Part shown: positions 63,583 to 64,000 of the stretch, in pieces
Numbering within the stretch: position 1 is the stretch's first letter
How the letters are laid out: the number at the start of each line of letters is the position of its first letter
NCBI GenBank assembly: GCA_963845185.1
Contig: CAWJRG010000005.1
Span: 608,001 to 672,000 of the forward strand
Length of the DNA: 64,000 nucleotides
Direction: 5' to 3'
Origin: an uncultured bacterium
GTDB taxonomy: Bacteria; Oederibacteriota; PGYV01; CAWJRG01
The notes under the pieces: model-generated
Told to the model about the DNA's origin: nothing
Seen by the model: only the letters and a program-made list of their open reading frames with translations
The model's database searches: none
Translations under genes and position numbers: made by a program

Positions 63583-64000
63583 TTATTTTATCTTTACTCT
63601 TAATTTTTTCTCTATCACTGTCCTTGTTTTTTCGAGTTCTTTTATTCCGGCAGTCATTTCATCCATTTCGTTCTGCTTTATTTTTATGCCTGCCGCCTTC
63701 ACAGCCTTTCCTATATTTTTCTCGTCCTGCAGAATATAAATTCTTTCTTCAATCTGTATCAGCTTTTTATTCAGATATGCTTTTATATCCTCTGCCGCTT
63801 GCTTGTCCTGATAATGCGCCGTGTCAGGCACTGATATATCTATCCAGAGTATGTCGCCGTAATTCCTGATATTTGCCATCCATTTTTCCCTTGCCGCGTA
63901 AATATTTTTCAACTCCTCGCACTTTGACTTTATGCACTCGAGTATTTTTTTGTCGTATTCTTCTATTATTAGGCTTGAATACGTGAAATACACTTCTTTC
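63583..64000 (-). CDS. 3' part of a hypothetical coiled-coil protein
   Basis: Frame is open to the window edge and ends just before the alpha-galactosidase RBS. Confidence 0.55.
   Translation of the reverse strand, partial: KEVYFTYSSLIIEEYDKKILECIKSKCEELKNIYAAREKWMANIRNYGDILWIDISVPDTAHYQDKQAAEDIKAYLNKKLIQIEERIYILQDEKNIGKAVKAAGIKIKQNEMDEMTAGIKELEKTRTVIEKKLRVKIK

Overview
Chromosomal window from a diderm bacterium (TolC and a PorV-like barrel are present). Almost every gene is on the minus strand. The left ~15 kb holds the start of an RND efflux operon, an AT-rich type II R-M pair, polX, proB, obgE, a ~5 kb accessory block with a CBM-GH5 enzyme, rpmA-rplU and tRNA-Lys(TTT). From 15.5 to 53 kb lies an array of six large signal-peptide proteins. 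Each is built from shuffled beta-propeller and beta-sandwich modules, a long T-x-T stalk and a C-terminal T9SS-type-A/FlgD-Ig-like sorting domain. The array also contains two Kelch lipoproteins and ends in a PorV/PorQ-like barrel fused to TPRs. Inside the array is a tightly coupled cassette: small HTH, sigma70 region 1.2+2-only protein, hypothetical protein, cargo. It sits behind a good sigma54 -24/-12 match with two tandem TGT-N10-ACA sites and is the most unusual element here. Upstream (53-61 kb) is a Sec-signal Rhs/YD polymorphic toxin locus with an orphan CT/immunity module whose duplicated unit includes the 5' end of the downstream cargo gene. A GH36 alpha-galactosidase follows. Five genes are split by six single-base insertions that all lengthen homopolymers, probably a sequencing artefact. 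The cargo style recalls candidate phyla such as Goldbacteria/Firestonebacteria, but that is unverified inference. All family calls come from motif recognition by eye, not database searches.
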